64,000 bases of DNA from Gemmatimonadales bacterium. Its GTDB lineage: Bacteria; Gemmatimonadota; Gemmatimonadetes; Gemmatimonadales; GWC2-71-9. The position numbers and the translations under genes are program-made. How positions within the stretch are numbered: the stretch's first letter is position 1; each line of letters opens with the position of its first letter. Below the pieces are notes generated by a model that did no database searches, was not told the origin of the DNA, and was given only the letters and a program-made list of their open reading frames with translations. Of this stretch, positions 25,840 to 35,253 are shown one piece after another. Location of the stretch: contig DASSQQ010000087.1 of assembly GCA_035702425.1 (NCBI GenBank), positions 12,143 to 76,142 on the forward strand, in the 5' to 3' direction.

Positions 25840-28194
25840 ATGAATCGCTTTCGCCTCGCGCTGGTCCCCCTCGCGCTCGCCACCGGAACGCTCGCCGCTC
25901 CGCTCGCCGCCCAGCACGGCCGCCGGGCGGCGCCCGCGCCCCGGCGCCCGGCCCCCATACCCACGCCCCGCTCCGTCCTGGGATTCGATCCGGGAGACGA
26001 CCGCAAGCTCGCCGACTGGCCCGCGCTCACCCGCTATTTCCGGGCCCTCGCCGCCGCCAGCGACCGCGTGGACCTGCGCGAATTCGGAAAGACCACGCTG
26101 GGCGCGCCCTTCCTCGCCCTCGTGATCTCGTCGCCCCAGAACCTGCGCCGCCTCGACCACTACCGGCAGATCAACGCCGCCCTCGCGGACCCGCGCCGCC
26201 TCCGCACCGACCGCGAGGCCCGGGACGATCTGCGCGACGGCCGCGCCATCGTCTTGATCACCTCCGGCGTCCATTCCGACGAGGTGGGCGGCAACCTCAC
26301 GCCCGCCGCGCTCGCCTACCGCCTCGCCACCGACACCAGCGCGGCCACGCGGGAGATCCTCGACAAGGTGATTCTGTGGCTGGTCCCGTCCCTCAACCCC
26401 GACGGCGCCACCATCGTCGCGCACTGGTACGAGCACACCCTGGGGACCCCCGCCGAGGGGAGCCATCCCCCCGAGCTCTATCATCATTACGTCGGGCACG
26501 ACGACAACCGGGACTGGTACGCCTTCACCCAGGTCGAGACCCAGCTCACGGTGGACTCGATCTACGACGTGTGGCATCCCCAGATCGTGCAGGACCTGCA
26601 TCAGCAGGGCTCCACCGGCTCGCGGCTCTTTCTGCCGCCCTACCTCGATCCCGTCGAGCCCAACGTGGACCCGCTGCTCATCGACGGCGACAACGCGCTG
26701 GGCACGGACATCGCGTGGCAGCTCGGCGGCCAGGGAAAGACCGGCATCTCGATCAACGCGATCTACGACGCCTGGACGCCGGCGCGCGCGTTCCAGCATT
26801 ATCACGCGGCCGCGCGGATTCTCACCGAGGCGGCGAGCGCCAACCTCGCGAGCCCGGTCGAGGTCCCCTTCGACCAGTTGGCCGTGATCGCGCGCGGCTT
26901 CAACCCCCGCCGCGCTTCGTGGAATTTCACCGCGCCCTGGCCCGGCGGGCGCTGGACGGTGCGGGACATCGTCGCTTACCAGGGCGACGCGGCCTACGCG
27001 CTGCTCCAGAACGCCGCCCGCTACCGCGACCGCTGGCTCTCGAACTTCCTCGCCGTCGGCTGGCGCGCGGTGCGGGGATGGAAGGGATGGCCCTACGCCT
27101 ACGCGATCCCGGCGCATCAGGACTCGGTCGCCCTGGCCGATCTCCTCGGCATCCTGGCGCGGGGCCAGGTGGAAGTGCGGACCGCGCAGCAGGCGTTCAG
27201 CTCGGGCGGCGCCCACTTCGCGGCCGGAACGTACGTGGTGGTCCTGAAGCAGCCTTACGCCGCGTTCGCCAAGACCCTGCTCGAGCCGCAGCAGTATCCG
27301 GACCTCCGTCTCTATCCCGGCGGGCCGCCCACGCCGCCCTACGACGTCACCGCCCATACCCTCCCGCTGCTGCTGGGCCTGACCGCCCTGCCCGTCGCGG
27401 ATTCGATCCGGGTGCCGCTCTCCGCGCCGGTGACCGCCCCCAGGGCCGCCCCGCGGGCGGCGGGATTCGACGAGGGAACCGCGCCGCGGGTCGGCCTCTA
27501 CCGCTCCTACGCCGCGCCTATCGACGAAGGGTGGACGCGCTGGGTATTCGACAACTGGAAGGTGCCCTACGTCTCGCTGGTGGACTCGGTGGTGCGGGCG
27601 GGGCACCTGAAGGAGAAGTTCGACGTCATCGTGCTGCCCGATCAGGCGCCCCACGCGATCGTGGACGGACTCTCCTCGCCTCGCTATCCCGCGCCGTACG
27701 CGGGAGGCCTCGGCGCCACCGGCGTGGACGCGCTGCGGCAGTTCGTCGCCGACGGCGGAACGCTGGTCGCGTTGAACGACGCCAGCCGGTTCGCGATTCA
27801 GTCCCTGCTGCTCCCGGTGCGCAATGTGCTGGAGGCGGTCCCCGACGTGGACTTCTACGCGCCGGGATCGATCTTCCGGCTCGAGCTCGATCCCACGAGC
27901 CCGCTCGCGCGCGGGATGCCCGCGCAGACCATCGCGTGGTTCGAGGGGAGCCCGGCCTTCGATGTCCTCGACTCGAACGCGGTCCGCGTCATCGGCCGCT
28001 ACCCGGCCGACCCGGACAAGGTGCTCCTTTCGGGGTGGGTGTTGCATCCTGAACGCGTCGCGGGCCGGGCCGCCCTGGTGGAAGTCCGCCAGGGCCAGGG
28101 ACGCGTGATTCTCTTCGGATTCCGGCCCCAATACCGGGGCCAGAGCCTCGCCACTTTCCCCCTGCTCTTCAACAGCCTCGCGCCCGACCGGTAG
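25840..28194 (+). CDS. M14-family zinc carboxypeptidase-like protein
   Basis: 784-aa ORF with a signal peptide, a GVHSDEVGG motif (HxxE zinc ligands), SLNPDG and a later His. Confidence 0.8.
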   Translation: MNRFRLALVPLALATGTLAAPLAAQHGRRAAPAPRRPAPIPTPRSVLGFDPGDDRKLADWPALTRYFRALAAASDRVDLREFGKTTLGAPFLALVISSPQNLRRLDHYRQINAALADPRRLRTDREARDDLRDGRAIVLITSGVHSDEVGGNLTPAALAYRLATDTSAATREILDKVILWLVPSLNPDGATIVAHWYEHTLGTPAEGSHPPELYHHYVGHDDNRDWYAFTQVETQLTVDSIYDVWHPQIVQDLHQQGSTGSRLFLPPYLDPVEPNVDPLLIDGDNALGTDIAWQLGGQGKTGISINAIYDAWTPARAFQHYHAAARILTEAASANLASPVEVPFDQLAVIARGFNPRRASWNFTAPWPGGRWTVRDIVAYQGDAAYALLQNAARYRDRWLSNFLAVGWRAVRGWKGWPYAYAIPAHQDSVALADLLGILARGQVEVRTAQQAFSSGGAHFAAGTYVVVLKQPYAAFAKTLLEPQQYPDLRLYPGGPPTPPYDVTAHTLPLLLGLTALPVADSIRVPLSAPVTAPRAAPRAAGFDEGTAPRVGLYRSYAAPIDEGWTRWVFDNWKVPYVSLVDSVVRAGHLKEKFDVIVLPDQAPHAIVDGLSSPRYPAPYAGGLGATGVDALRQFVADGGTLVALNDASRFAIQSLLLPVRNVLEAVPDVDFYAPGSIFRLELDPTSPLARGMPAQTIAWFEGSPAFDVLDSNAVRVIGRYPADPDKVLLSGWVLHPERVAGRAALVEVRQGQGRVILFGFRPQYRGQSLATFPLLFNSLAPDR

Positions 28195-28240
28195 TTGGCT
28201 CTTGTTTCCCGGGGTCCCGTTCCCTATCGTGAGGGCCCCT

Positions 28241-29461
28241 ATGCGGTTGCGTCGGCTGGCTCTGCTGGTGTTCGGGGCCGCGCTCATCCTGAGCCGCGGC
28301 CTTTTTGCGCAGGATGAAGTTCCCGACACCCTCGGGGTGCCGGCGGTCTTCCCCGTCGCCGCGGCCGACGCGGTGTTGCGCTTGCGCGCCCTCGACCGCC
28401 GCTACGTCCAGCCCGACACCCCGGTGCCCGCGACGCCGCGCGCCATTCGCGCGCTTTACGTCAACGCCTGGGCCTTCTCCTCGCGCCGGCTCTGGCAGCT
28501 GGTCTCGCTCGCCGACTCGACCGAAATCAACGCGCTGGTGGTGGACGTGAAGGACGACACCGGCTGTCTCCTGTATCCGTCGGCGGTCGCGACCGCGCGC
28601 GAGATCGGCGCCGACGACTGCGTCCACCTGCACTCCATCGCCGCGCGCATGGACACCCTCCGCGCGCACGGGATCTATCCCATCGCGCGCATCGTCGTCG
28701 CCAAGGATCCGCTGCTCGCCCGCGGCAAGACCGAATGGTCCATCCGCGACCGCCGGGGGGGCCTCTGGCGCGACCGCCAGGGCACCGCGTGGGTGGACGC
28801 CTACAACGACTCGGTGTGGGTCTACGCGGCCCAGCTGGCGCGCGAGGCGGTGGGGATGGGCTTCCGCGAAGTCCAGTTCGACTACGTCCGCTTCCCCGAC
28901 GAACCGCCGTCGCGGCTCGCCGAGGCGGTCTACCCGGCGCGGCGGGACGGCGAGCGCCCGCACGACTCCATTCGCCGCCACGTGGAACTCCTGAAGCAGC
29001 AGGTGGGCGTGCTCGGCGTCCCCGTCACCACGGATATCTTCGGACTCACCGCCTCGGCGACGGGAGATCTCGGCATCGGGCAGGTGTGGGAGGACTTCGT
29101 CGCCGTCGCGGACGTGGTGCTCCCGATGGTGTATCCGAGTCACTACCGCCACGGCGCCTTCGGCTTCGCCCGCCCCAACAGCGAGCCCTACCTCATCGTG
29201 CACCGGGCCCTCTCCGAAGCGGTGGCGCGGACTCGCGGCCTCGCCGGCGCGGCGCAGATCCGTCCCTACCTGCAGGCCTTCACCCTGGGCCGCCCGCGCT
29301 ACAGTCCGTTCGAAATCCGGGAGCAGATCCGCGCCGCCGAGGAGCTGGGATGCACGTCGTGGGTGCTCTGGAACCCCCGCAGCGTCTACCCCCGCGACGC
29401 CCTCCGGCCGTATCCTTCCGAGGTGCGCGCCCGTAGTGCCTCCGCCGGAGGCGGAGACTGA
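28241..29461 (+). CDS. Putative glycoside-hydrolase-like TIM-barrel protein (DUF4015/COG1306-like)
   Basis: Signal peptide MRLRRLALLVFGAALILSRGLFAQ. ATG 28241 is preceded by GAGGG six nt upstream, whereas the track ORF starts at TTG 28202. It carries INALVVDVKDD and EVQFDYVRFP motifs. Confidence 0.7.
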   Translation: MRLRRLALLVFGAALILSRGLFAQDEVPDTLGVPAVFPVAAADAVLRLRALDRRYVQPDTPVPATPRAIRALYVNAWAFSSRRLWQLVSLADSTEINALVVDVKDDTGCLLYPSAVATAREIGADDCVHLHSIAARMDTLRAHGIYPIARIVVAKDPLLARGKTEWSIRDRRGGLWRDRQGTAWVDAYNDSVWVYAAQLAREAVGMGFREVQFDYVRFPDEPPSRLAEAVYPARRDGERPHDSIRRHVELLKQQVGVLGVPVTTDIFGLTASATGDLGIGQVWEDFVAVADVVLPMVYPSHYRHGAFGFARPNSEPYLIVHRALSEAVARTRGLAGAAQIRPYLQAFTLGRPRYSPFEIREQIRAAEELGCTSWVLWNPRSVYPRDALRPYPSEVRARSASAGGGD

Positions 29462-29487
29462 ACCGAACGCTCGTCCAGGGGAATCGC

Positions 29488-30249
29488 ATGAATCGTTTCG
29501 CCGTGTGCCTCGCGCTCGCCGTGGCGGCCTGTGCCGACTCGGGCGGGTCCGTCAGCCCCGATACGCTGAGCCAGGAGGAGAACGCCGCGGTGCACCGGGC
29601 CCTCTCCGCCGCGCTCGCCACCGATACCTTGTATCCGACTCTCGCGATCGTGGTGTTCCCCTTCGTCGATCGCGCGACCATCATCAAGAATCCGAGCGGC
29701 GACACCACCCGAATGGTCGGCGTTCAGCTCGACATCGACGTCGCCGACAGCGTGAGCCCGGACACGGTGGATACCCTGGTCATCCAGTTCTCCGGGCTCC
29801 TCGCCTGGCGCGGGTACAACGCGACGCTCCACACCGTGGACACCACGGTCTTCATCCTGGGCGCGGGGTTCACGCCGCCCTTCAGCGACTCGCTCCGGCC
29901 CACCCTGGCCCTGGACACGGCCGGCCATGGAACCGCGTACGTGGTCCACGAGGCCGCCGATTCCCAGTTCACCACGTTCCTTTCGCAGGCGGGCGCCTTC
30001 CACGTCACCGGCGCCTCTTATGGCGGGCCGCAAACCGCGACCGAGGGGACCCTCAAGCTCGCGGTGTCACGGGGAACGATGCGGGGGGATTACCACGTCA
30101 CCGCCACGGATTCGACGGCTGACACCGTGATCACGGCGGGTGATGCGGCGGGAGGTATCGAGGCGATCAAGATCCGGATTACCGGAACCACCAGCGGATT
30201 CGCCGCTACGCGGTTGGCGCGAGCACCGCGCCGGGCTGCCACTCCGTGA
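29488..30249 (+). CDS. Hypothetical lipoprotein
   Basis: 253-aa ORF with lipobox LALAVAAC. I recognise no family. Confidence 0.6.
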   Translation: MNRFAVCLALAVAACADSGGSVSPDTLSQEENAAVHRALSAALATDTLYPTLAIVVFPFVDRATIIKNPSGDTTRMVGVQLDIDVADSVSPDTVDTLVIQFSGLLAWRGYNATLHTVDTTVFILGAGFTPPFSDSLRPTLALDTAGHGTAYVVHEAADSQFTTFLSQAGAFHVTGASYGGPQTATEGTLKLAVSRGTMRGDYHVTATDSTADTVITAGDAAGGIEAIKIRITGTTSGFAATRLARAPRRAATP

Positions 30250-32230
30250 TGTACCCGGCGATCGCCGACGCGGCCACCGTGTAGGGGTTGGCGAGATAGA
30301 GCTGGCCGGGCCCGGAGCGGCCCGGGAAGTTGCGGTTGATGGCGCTGATCGTCACCTGCTCCGCGGTCCGGGAGACGCCGGGTCCCGCGTTGATGCAGGC
30401 GCCGCACGAGGGCTCGAGGAAGGTCGCCCCCACCCGCCGGAACACGTCCAGGTACCCCCGGTCCTCGCAGTAGCGCTTCACGTCCTGGGAGCCGCACTGG
30501 ATGTAGAACTTCACCCACGGCGCCACCCGCTCGCCGCGGTCCACCGCCCCCTGCAGGACCCGCGCGTACATGTCCATGTCGTCCTTCTTGCCCGCGGTGC
30601 AGGAGCCGGCGTAGGCGATCTCCACCTTCACCCGATCCGGCAGCTCGTCGATGGTGAGCCCGTTGCCCGGGTCTCCCGGGAGCGCCACCATCGGGCGCAG
30701 GGTTCCCGCGTCGATCTCGATCACCTCGCAGTACTCCGCGCCGGCGTCGCTCCCCAGCCCCGCGCAGAGCGCCTCGGCGCGGGCCCGGGTCATGCCGCGG
30801 TAATCCATGAGGTAAGCGACGGTCTTCTGGTCCGGCGCGACGTACCCGGTGAAGCCGCCCACTTCCGCCGTCATGTTCGTCATGGTGGCGCGCTCGTCCA
30901 CCGAGAGCGCCTCTACCGCGTCTCCGCAGTACTCCACCAGCTTGCCGATCGCCTGGCCGCTCTTGATGTAGGGGTGGCGCAGGATCTCGAGCATGTAGTC
31001 CTTGGCGGTGACGTTCTCGGGCTTCGCCCCCCGCACCACGACTTTCACCGTCGCCGGCACGGTGAGCCGCACGTCGCGGGTGATCCAGGAATTGAAGATC
31101 GCCGTGGTGCCGACGCCGAAGGCGACGCAACCCACCGCGCCGGCGTGGGGCGTGTGGGAGTCGCTCCCGATGATCACCTGGCCCGGCTCGGCGTGCGCCT
31201 CCAGGATCTTCGAGTGGCAGATCGCTTCGGAGCCGTGATGGCCGAGCCGCAGCTCGCCGTAGAGCTTGATGCCCTGCTTTTCGGCGAAGGCCCGCTGTTT
31301 TTTCTCGAGCTCCAGCGCGACATCGAGCAGCCCTTCCTTGATGCGCTCCGGCGTCATGGCTTCGGGCAGGAAGGTGAGGTGATCCCGGAAGAGGAGCACC
31401 GAGGCGGGGTCGAGCACCTTCTCGTCCGCGCCCACCAGCTGCTCGAAGAAGATCGCGGCCATGGGCGTGACGTACTCGTGGCTGAAGCGGATGTCGGTCA
31501 CCACGAACCCCTCGTCGCCGGGCTTCACCGCGGGCACGCCGACCTGGCCCCGGGCCGGGTCCACCACCCAGTGCCGGGCCAGGATCTTCTCGCCCAGGGT
31601 CATCGGGCGCGGGCCGGTGGCGGGCGGCGACACTTTGATCTGCCCCTGGAGCCGGGCCACGTTGTAATTGAAGAGCCCGCCGTATTCGATGATCCCGCGG
31701 GTGATCTCGCCCTCGCCACCCGTGAAGGCGGACAGCGGAATTTCCTCGCCGCGGCGCACCCTTTCGAGCACCGAGAAGTCGGTGGTCGTGAAAACGCCCA
31801 GGTTCTGGCAGTTCTCCCGGTAGATGCGTTCGATGTTCTCGGCGATCACCAGCTTGATGCCGGCGCACATTTCCGCGTAGGGAGACTGCTCCCTGGAAGA
31901 GCCCTTGCCCCGGCGCTTGCCGCTCACCGACGCGACGAATCCCCCGTTCCTGACCGACCCGCGGGAGATGGGGAATTCCGTCCCGCACTTGAGTCCCAGG
32001 TACGGAAAGTCTCCCAGGGTTTCGTCGTAGTAGTAACAGATGTAGGCGGGCGTGATCTCGTCGGTCGAAATGTTGTCGCGGAGCTTCATCGCCGGTCGCC
32101 AGGCGAGGTCCTCGCCCCCGAGCTGCCGGCGCACGAGGGCCGGATCTTCGGTCAGGAAGAGGATCCGGCCGCTGAAGCGCACGTGATCGGGGAGCTTCTT
32201 GACGCGGCGGGCGCGGAGAGCGTCGAGCAT
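30206..32230 (-). CDS. Aconitase-family Fe-S hydro-lyase with the LeuD-like swivel domain fused N-terminal to the LeuC-like catalytic domains
   Basis: 674 aa counted from ATG 32230. The N-terminal part has DNISTDEITPA and GKGSSREQSP (LeuD-like). The rest has GSDSHTPHAG, YAGSCTAGK and EPSCGACI (cluster Cys ligands). The remainder of the 1371-aa track ORF upstream is a shadow over real + strand genes. Confidence 0.85.
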   Translation of the reverse strand: MLDALRARRVKKLPDHVRFSGRILFLTEDPALVRRQLGGEDLAWRPAMKLRDNISTDEITPAYICYYYDETLGDFPYLGLKCGTEFPISRGSVRNGGFVASVSGKRRGKGSSREQSPYAEMCAGIKLVIAENIERIYRENCQNLGVFTTTDFSVLERVRRGEEIPLSAFTGGEGEITRGIIEYGGLFNYNVARLQGQIKVSPPATGPRPMTLGEKILARHWVVDPARGQVGVPAVKPGDEGFVVTDIRFSHEYVTPMAAIFFEQLVGADEKVLDPASVLLFRDHLTFLPEAMTPERIKEGLLDVALELEKKQRAFAEKQGIKLYGELRLGHHGSEAICHSKILEAHAEPGQVIIGSDSHTPHAGAVGCVAFGVGTTAIFNSWITRDVRLTVPATVKVVVRGAKPENVTAKDYMLEILRHPYIKSGQAIGKLVEYCGDAVEALSVDERATMTNMTAEVGGFTGYVAPDQKTVAYLMDYRGMTRARAEALCAGLGSDAGAEYCEVIEIDAGTLRPMVALPGDPGNGLTIDELPDRVKVEIAYAGSCTAGKKDDMDMYARVLQGAVDRGERVAPWVKFYIQCGSQDVKRYCEDRGYLDVFRRVGATFLEPSCGACINAGPGVSRTAEQVTISAINRNFPGRSGPGQLYLANPYTVAASAIAGYITEWQPGAVLAPTA

Positions 32231-32353
32231 CCGATCAAGATCACCCGGCTTCCAGGCGGGCGGAATCCCTGTGGCTGGGGTGCATCTTTTTGCAGTCAGG
32301 ACTCGGCGTGACTCAACAATGCAAGGTCTTGCTGCGTAACTATTTGGACGCCG

Positions 32354-33577
32354 ATGGATTCGGCCCCGCGGATGTTCGGCCGCGGGGCTGGCTTCTCGGA
32401 CCGGTCGGGCATAACTTTGCGCCCGTTTTTGTCGGTCGTTTCGCCAACCCGTGCAACCCGGAGTGCTCTCCTGGAAATCCCTACATCCCACCGCCTTCCG
32501 CTTACCTGGCTGCTCGAAGCCGCAAGTCCGCCGCTCCAATACCGCGCTCTCGCCGAGGTCGTCCCCGACACGGCGCGGGACCCCGACCAGCTCGCCGCTC
32601 TGCGCGCCGCCGCGCAGGACTACAAAGTGGCCCAGGCGATCGCGCGCAAGCAGCGGGACAACGGCCTGTGGGGCGGGAATCTGCTCGCACCCTCGGCCTC
32701 GAAAGCGCTGGGTACGAAGGACGTAGGGACGATCTTTCAGTACCTGCGCCTCCTCGAACTGGGGTGGAGCCCCGAGCTGTCGTACTTCCGGCTGACGGAC
32801 CGGTTCCTCTTCCGCCTGCTCTCCCGAGACGAGGATCCTTCGCTCCTGGTCGAGTTCCAGCGGCCGGCGAAGTCCGACCCCGGGCTCGCGTTGTGGGCCC
32901 GGAACATGATCCGCGAAGCCGCCGCGGCGGCGCTCGCCCGCGCCGGCCGGGGTGACGACCCGCGGTTGCGGGGGGCGGCGCATCGCATCGCGAGCGACAT
33001 CTCGCAGTATCTGCGCTCCGAGCTCGCGGAGAAGCCGTTCCGCAAGATGCAGGGCAAGACCGTGCTCGACCCCCAGGCCTATCCGCCGACGCTCTTCTCG
33101 GTCGAGATGCTGGCGTACCTCCCGGCGGTGCAGCGGGAGCGGGCGGGCTTTCTCGAACGGCTGGCCAATTACTTCTCGGTGGCCGCGCCCCGGCGCGCCT
33201 TCCTGATTCAGGCCGGCAGGAAGCAGCTCAAGCCGATGTTCGAGGTTCTGGGCGATCCGCTGCGCGGGGATGCGACCGGGCACATTACCGACGTCGCCTT
33301 CGCGACCTACTGGCTCGAGCTCCTCGCCCGGCTGGGGATCGTCCGGATGGTGCCGAGCGCCAGCAAAGTCCTGGCGCGGCTCTTCAGCGAGTGCGACGAC
33401 AACGGGATCTGGAGCCCCCGGAACCTGCGGGCGCTGCCCAAGTCTTCGAATGCGGCGGTGGGGCATTACTTCCCGCTCGAGGGGGCCGGCAAGAGCCCCG
33501 CCCAGCGCCAGACCGACGTCACGTTCCGGCTGGCCCTGATCGCGCGAATCCTCGGGCTGCCGATAGAAGTTGTCTAA
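32354..33577 (+). CDS. Hypothetical protein (possible alpha/alpha-toroid-like; start uncertain)
   Basis: 407-aa track ORF. GC3-rich coding begins only near 32470. It carries an NGLWGGN motif reminiscent of prenyltransferase/terpene-cyclase repeats, which is weak evidence. Confidence 0.55.
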   Translation: MDSAPRMFGRGAGFSDRSGITLRPFLSVVSPTRATRSALLEIPTSHRLPLTWLLEAASPPLQYRALAEVVPDTARDPDQLAALRAAAQDYKVAQAIARKQRDNGLWGGNLLAPSASKALGTKDVGTIFQYLRLLELGWSPELSYFRLTDRFLFRLLSRDEDPSLLVEFQRPAKSDPGLALWARNMIREAAAAALARAGRGDDPRLRGAAHRIASDISQYLRSELAEKPFRKMQGKTVLDPQAYPPTLFSVEMLAYLPAVQRERAGFLERLANYFSVAAPRRAFLIQAGRKQLKPMFEVLGDPLRGDATGHITDVAFATYWLELLARLGIVRMVPSASKVLARLFSECDDNGIWSPRNLRALPKSSNAAVGHYFPLEGAGKSPAQRQTDVTFRLALIARILGLPIEVV

Positions 33578-33586
33578 GGCAGAAAA

Positions 33587-33608
33587 CGTAGTAGTATTGA
33601 CTACTACG
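33587..33608. promoter_or_regulatory. Perfect 9-bp inverted repeat abutting the trmB-like start
   Basis: The sequence cgtagtagt-attg-actactacg is AT-rich in a roughly 70% GC context. It lies 10 nt after the upstream stop and 2 nt before ATG 33611, and contains TTGACT. Confidence 0.5.
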
Positions 33609-33610
33609 GT

Positions 33611-34270
33611 ATGGGCATCGATCTCACGCCATTCGGCTTTACGCCGACCGAGTCGCTGGTGTACGGAGCCCTCCTCCGCTCCGGGCCGGGGACGGGGTAC
33701 TCGGTGGCCCGGGCGGCGCACCTGGCCCGCGCCAACGCGTACGGTGCGCTGGAGGGGCTGGTGGCGCGGGGAGCCGCGTCCCGCGCGGCCGGCCGCCCCG
33801 CCCGCTACCGCCCCGCCGATCCCGCCACCCTCATCGCTCAGCTCGCCCAGTCTCAGGCCGTGGCGCTCGACCGGCTGCGCCGCTCCCTCGCCGACGCTCC
33901 CCAAAGCGGAGAGCCCGAAGCTCGCGCCGTGACGGGGGCGCGGGCCGTGGTGAATCTCATTCAGCAGCTCGTGGCTCGCGCCGAGACGACGGTCGAAGGG
34001 ATACTCGCCGCCGAGTTGTGGCGGCCCACGCTCCCCGCCTGGCGCCGGGCGGCGACCCGCGCCCGGCTCTCGCTCCGGATGGCCGGCCCGGTGGACGATG
34101 CCGCCGGGATCGCGATCGCCGAAGCGCCGGCCGACGCGCCGACCCTTCTGGTGGTGGATGGGGCGCACATGGTCACCGCGGGCGGCGGGGGCGAGACCGT
34201 CAGCGGGCTGTGGAGCTCGCATCCCCTGATGGTGACGCTGGCGGGCGCCGCGCTGAGGGGCGTGCCGTGA
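33611..34270 (+). CDS. TrmB-family transcriptional regulator
   Basis: 219-aa ORF with an N-terminal winged HTH (GFTPTESLVYGALLRSGPGTGYSVARAAHLARANAYGALEGLVARG). Confidence 0.7.
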   Translation: MGIDLTPFGFTPTESLVYGALLRSGPGTGYSVARAAHLARANAYGALEGLVARGAASRAAGRPARYRPADPATLIAQLAQSQAVALDRLRRSLADAPQSGEPEARAVTGARAVVNLIQQLVARAETTVEGILAAELWRPTLPAWRRAATRARLSLRMAGPVDDAAGIAIAEAPADAPTLLVVDGAHMVTAGGGGETVSGLWSSHPLMVTLAGAALRGVP

Positions 34271-35202
34271 GGGGGCGATGGATTCTTTTGATGTTGCTCG
34301 GCGCGAGCGGGTGCCGGGCACGTCCGCTTCCGGAAAGCGCGGTCTACCCCGCGGGGACGCCGCTCGCCACCCATTACGTGATGGTGAACGGGACCCGTCT
34401 CCGCTACGTGGCGACGGGCAAGGGGCCGGCGGTGGTGTTCATCCACGGCTTCGGCGCGTCGCTCTACGGGTGGCGGAAGAACCTGGAGCCGATCGCGAAC
34501 GCGGGTTACCGCGTGGTGGCGTTCGACAACCGGGGGTTCGGCTGGTCGGACAAGCCGGCGAAGGGCTACACGGCCGAGGATTACGCCGCGCTGGTCCTGG
34601 GTCTGCTCGACTCGCTCGATCTGCCGGATGTGGTGCTGGTGGGGCACTCGATGGGGGGCGCGGTCGCGCTGGAGACCGCGCTCCTCGCGCCGCACCGGGT
34701 GAGAGGCCTGGTGCTCCTCGACCCGGCGGGGTTCGGCACCCGGTGGCCGTTCCTCCTGAAGGTCGCGCGGTGGCCGCTGGTCGGGCCCCTGGTCACCGGG
34801 ATGCGCAACCGGTGGGTGGTGGGACGAATCCTTCGCTCGACCTACGCGGATCCGTCGAAGGTCACCGACCTGGATGTGGATCAGTATTACGCGCCGGTTC
34901 CCGATCCTTCCTACGGCCGTTCCCTCCGCGGCGTGCTCCGGGAGTTCCGGTTCGACGGCCTGCGCGGCCGCCTGGGCGCCATCGAGCAGCCGACCTTGCT
35001 GCTGTGGGGCGAGAAGGACCGCTGGATCCCGCTCTCGGTCGGACGGGCGATGGCCTCGGAGCTGCCGCGGGTCGCCTTCGTCCCGATCCAGGGCGCGGGC
35101 CACGCGACGCCGGAGGAGGCCCCCCTCGAGGTGAACAACCTCATCATCGCCTTCCTCAAGGAAGGGGTATCGAAGGCCCCGGAGAACCTGGCCTGGCGCT
35201 AG
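34267..35202 (+). CDS. Alpha/beta-hydrolase lipoprotein
   Basis: The GTG start overlaps the trmB-like stop (GTGA). Lipoprotein signal MRGRWILLMLLGASGC, oxyanion motif HGFG, nucleophile elbow GHSMGG and a C-terminal GAGH. Confidence 0.85.
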   Translation: MRGRWILLMLLGASGCRARPLPESAVYPAGTPLATHYVMVNGTRLRYVATGKGPAVVFIHGFGASLYGWRKNLEPIANAGYRVVAFDNRGFGWSDKPAKGYTAEDYAALVLGLLDSLDLPDVVLVGHSMGGAVALETALLAPHRVRGLVLLDPAGFGTRWPFLLKVARWPLVGPLVTGMRNRWVVGRILRSTYADPSKVTDLDVDQYYAPVPDPSYGRSLRGVLREFRFDGLRGRLGAIEQPTLLLWGEKDRWIPLSVGRAMASELPRVAFVPIQGAGHATPEEAPLEVNNLIIAFLKEGVSKAPENLAWR

Positions 35203-35219
35203 CGAGGCCACCACCCCAT

Positions 35220-35247
35220 ATTTCATCAACCAAACGGTTGATGAAAT
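35220..35247. promoter_or_regulatory. Putative TetR operator (perfect 12-bp inverted repeat)
   Basis: The sequence ATTTCATCAACC-aaac-GGTTGATGAAAT ends 6 nt before the tetR ATG at 35254. Confidence 0.6.
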
Positions 35248-35253
35248 CGCAAT

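Noticed and set aside
32231-34321. The upstream 697 codons of the 1371-aa minus-strand ORF 30206..34321.
   Set aside because: Aconitase-family similarity starts at Met 32230, which has an SD-like GGTGAT upstream. The upstream part runs antisense over three well-supported + strand genes and crosses a low-GC promoter region.
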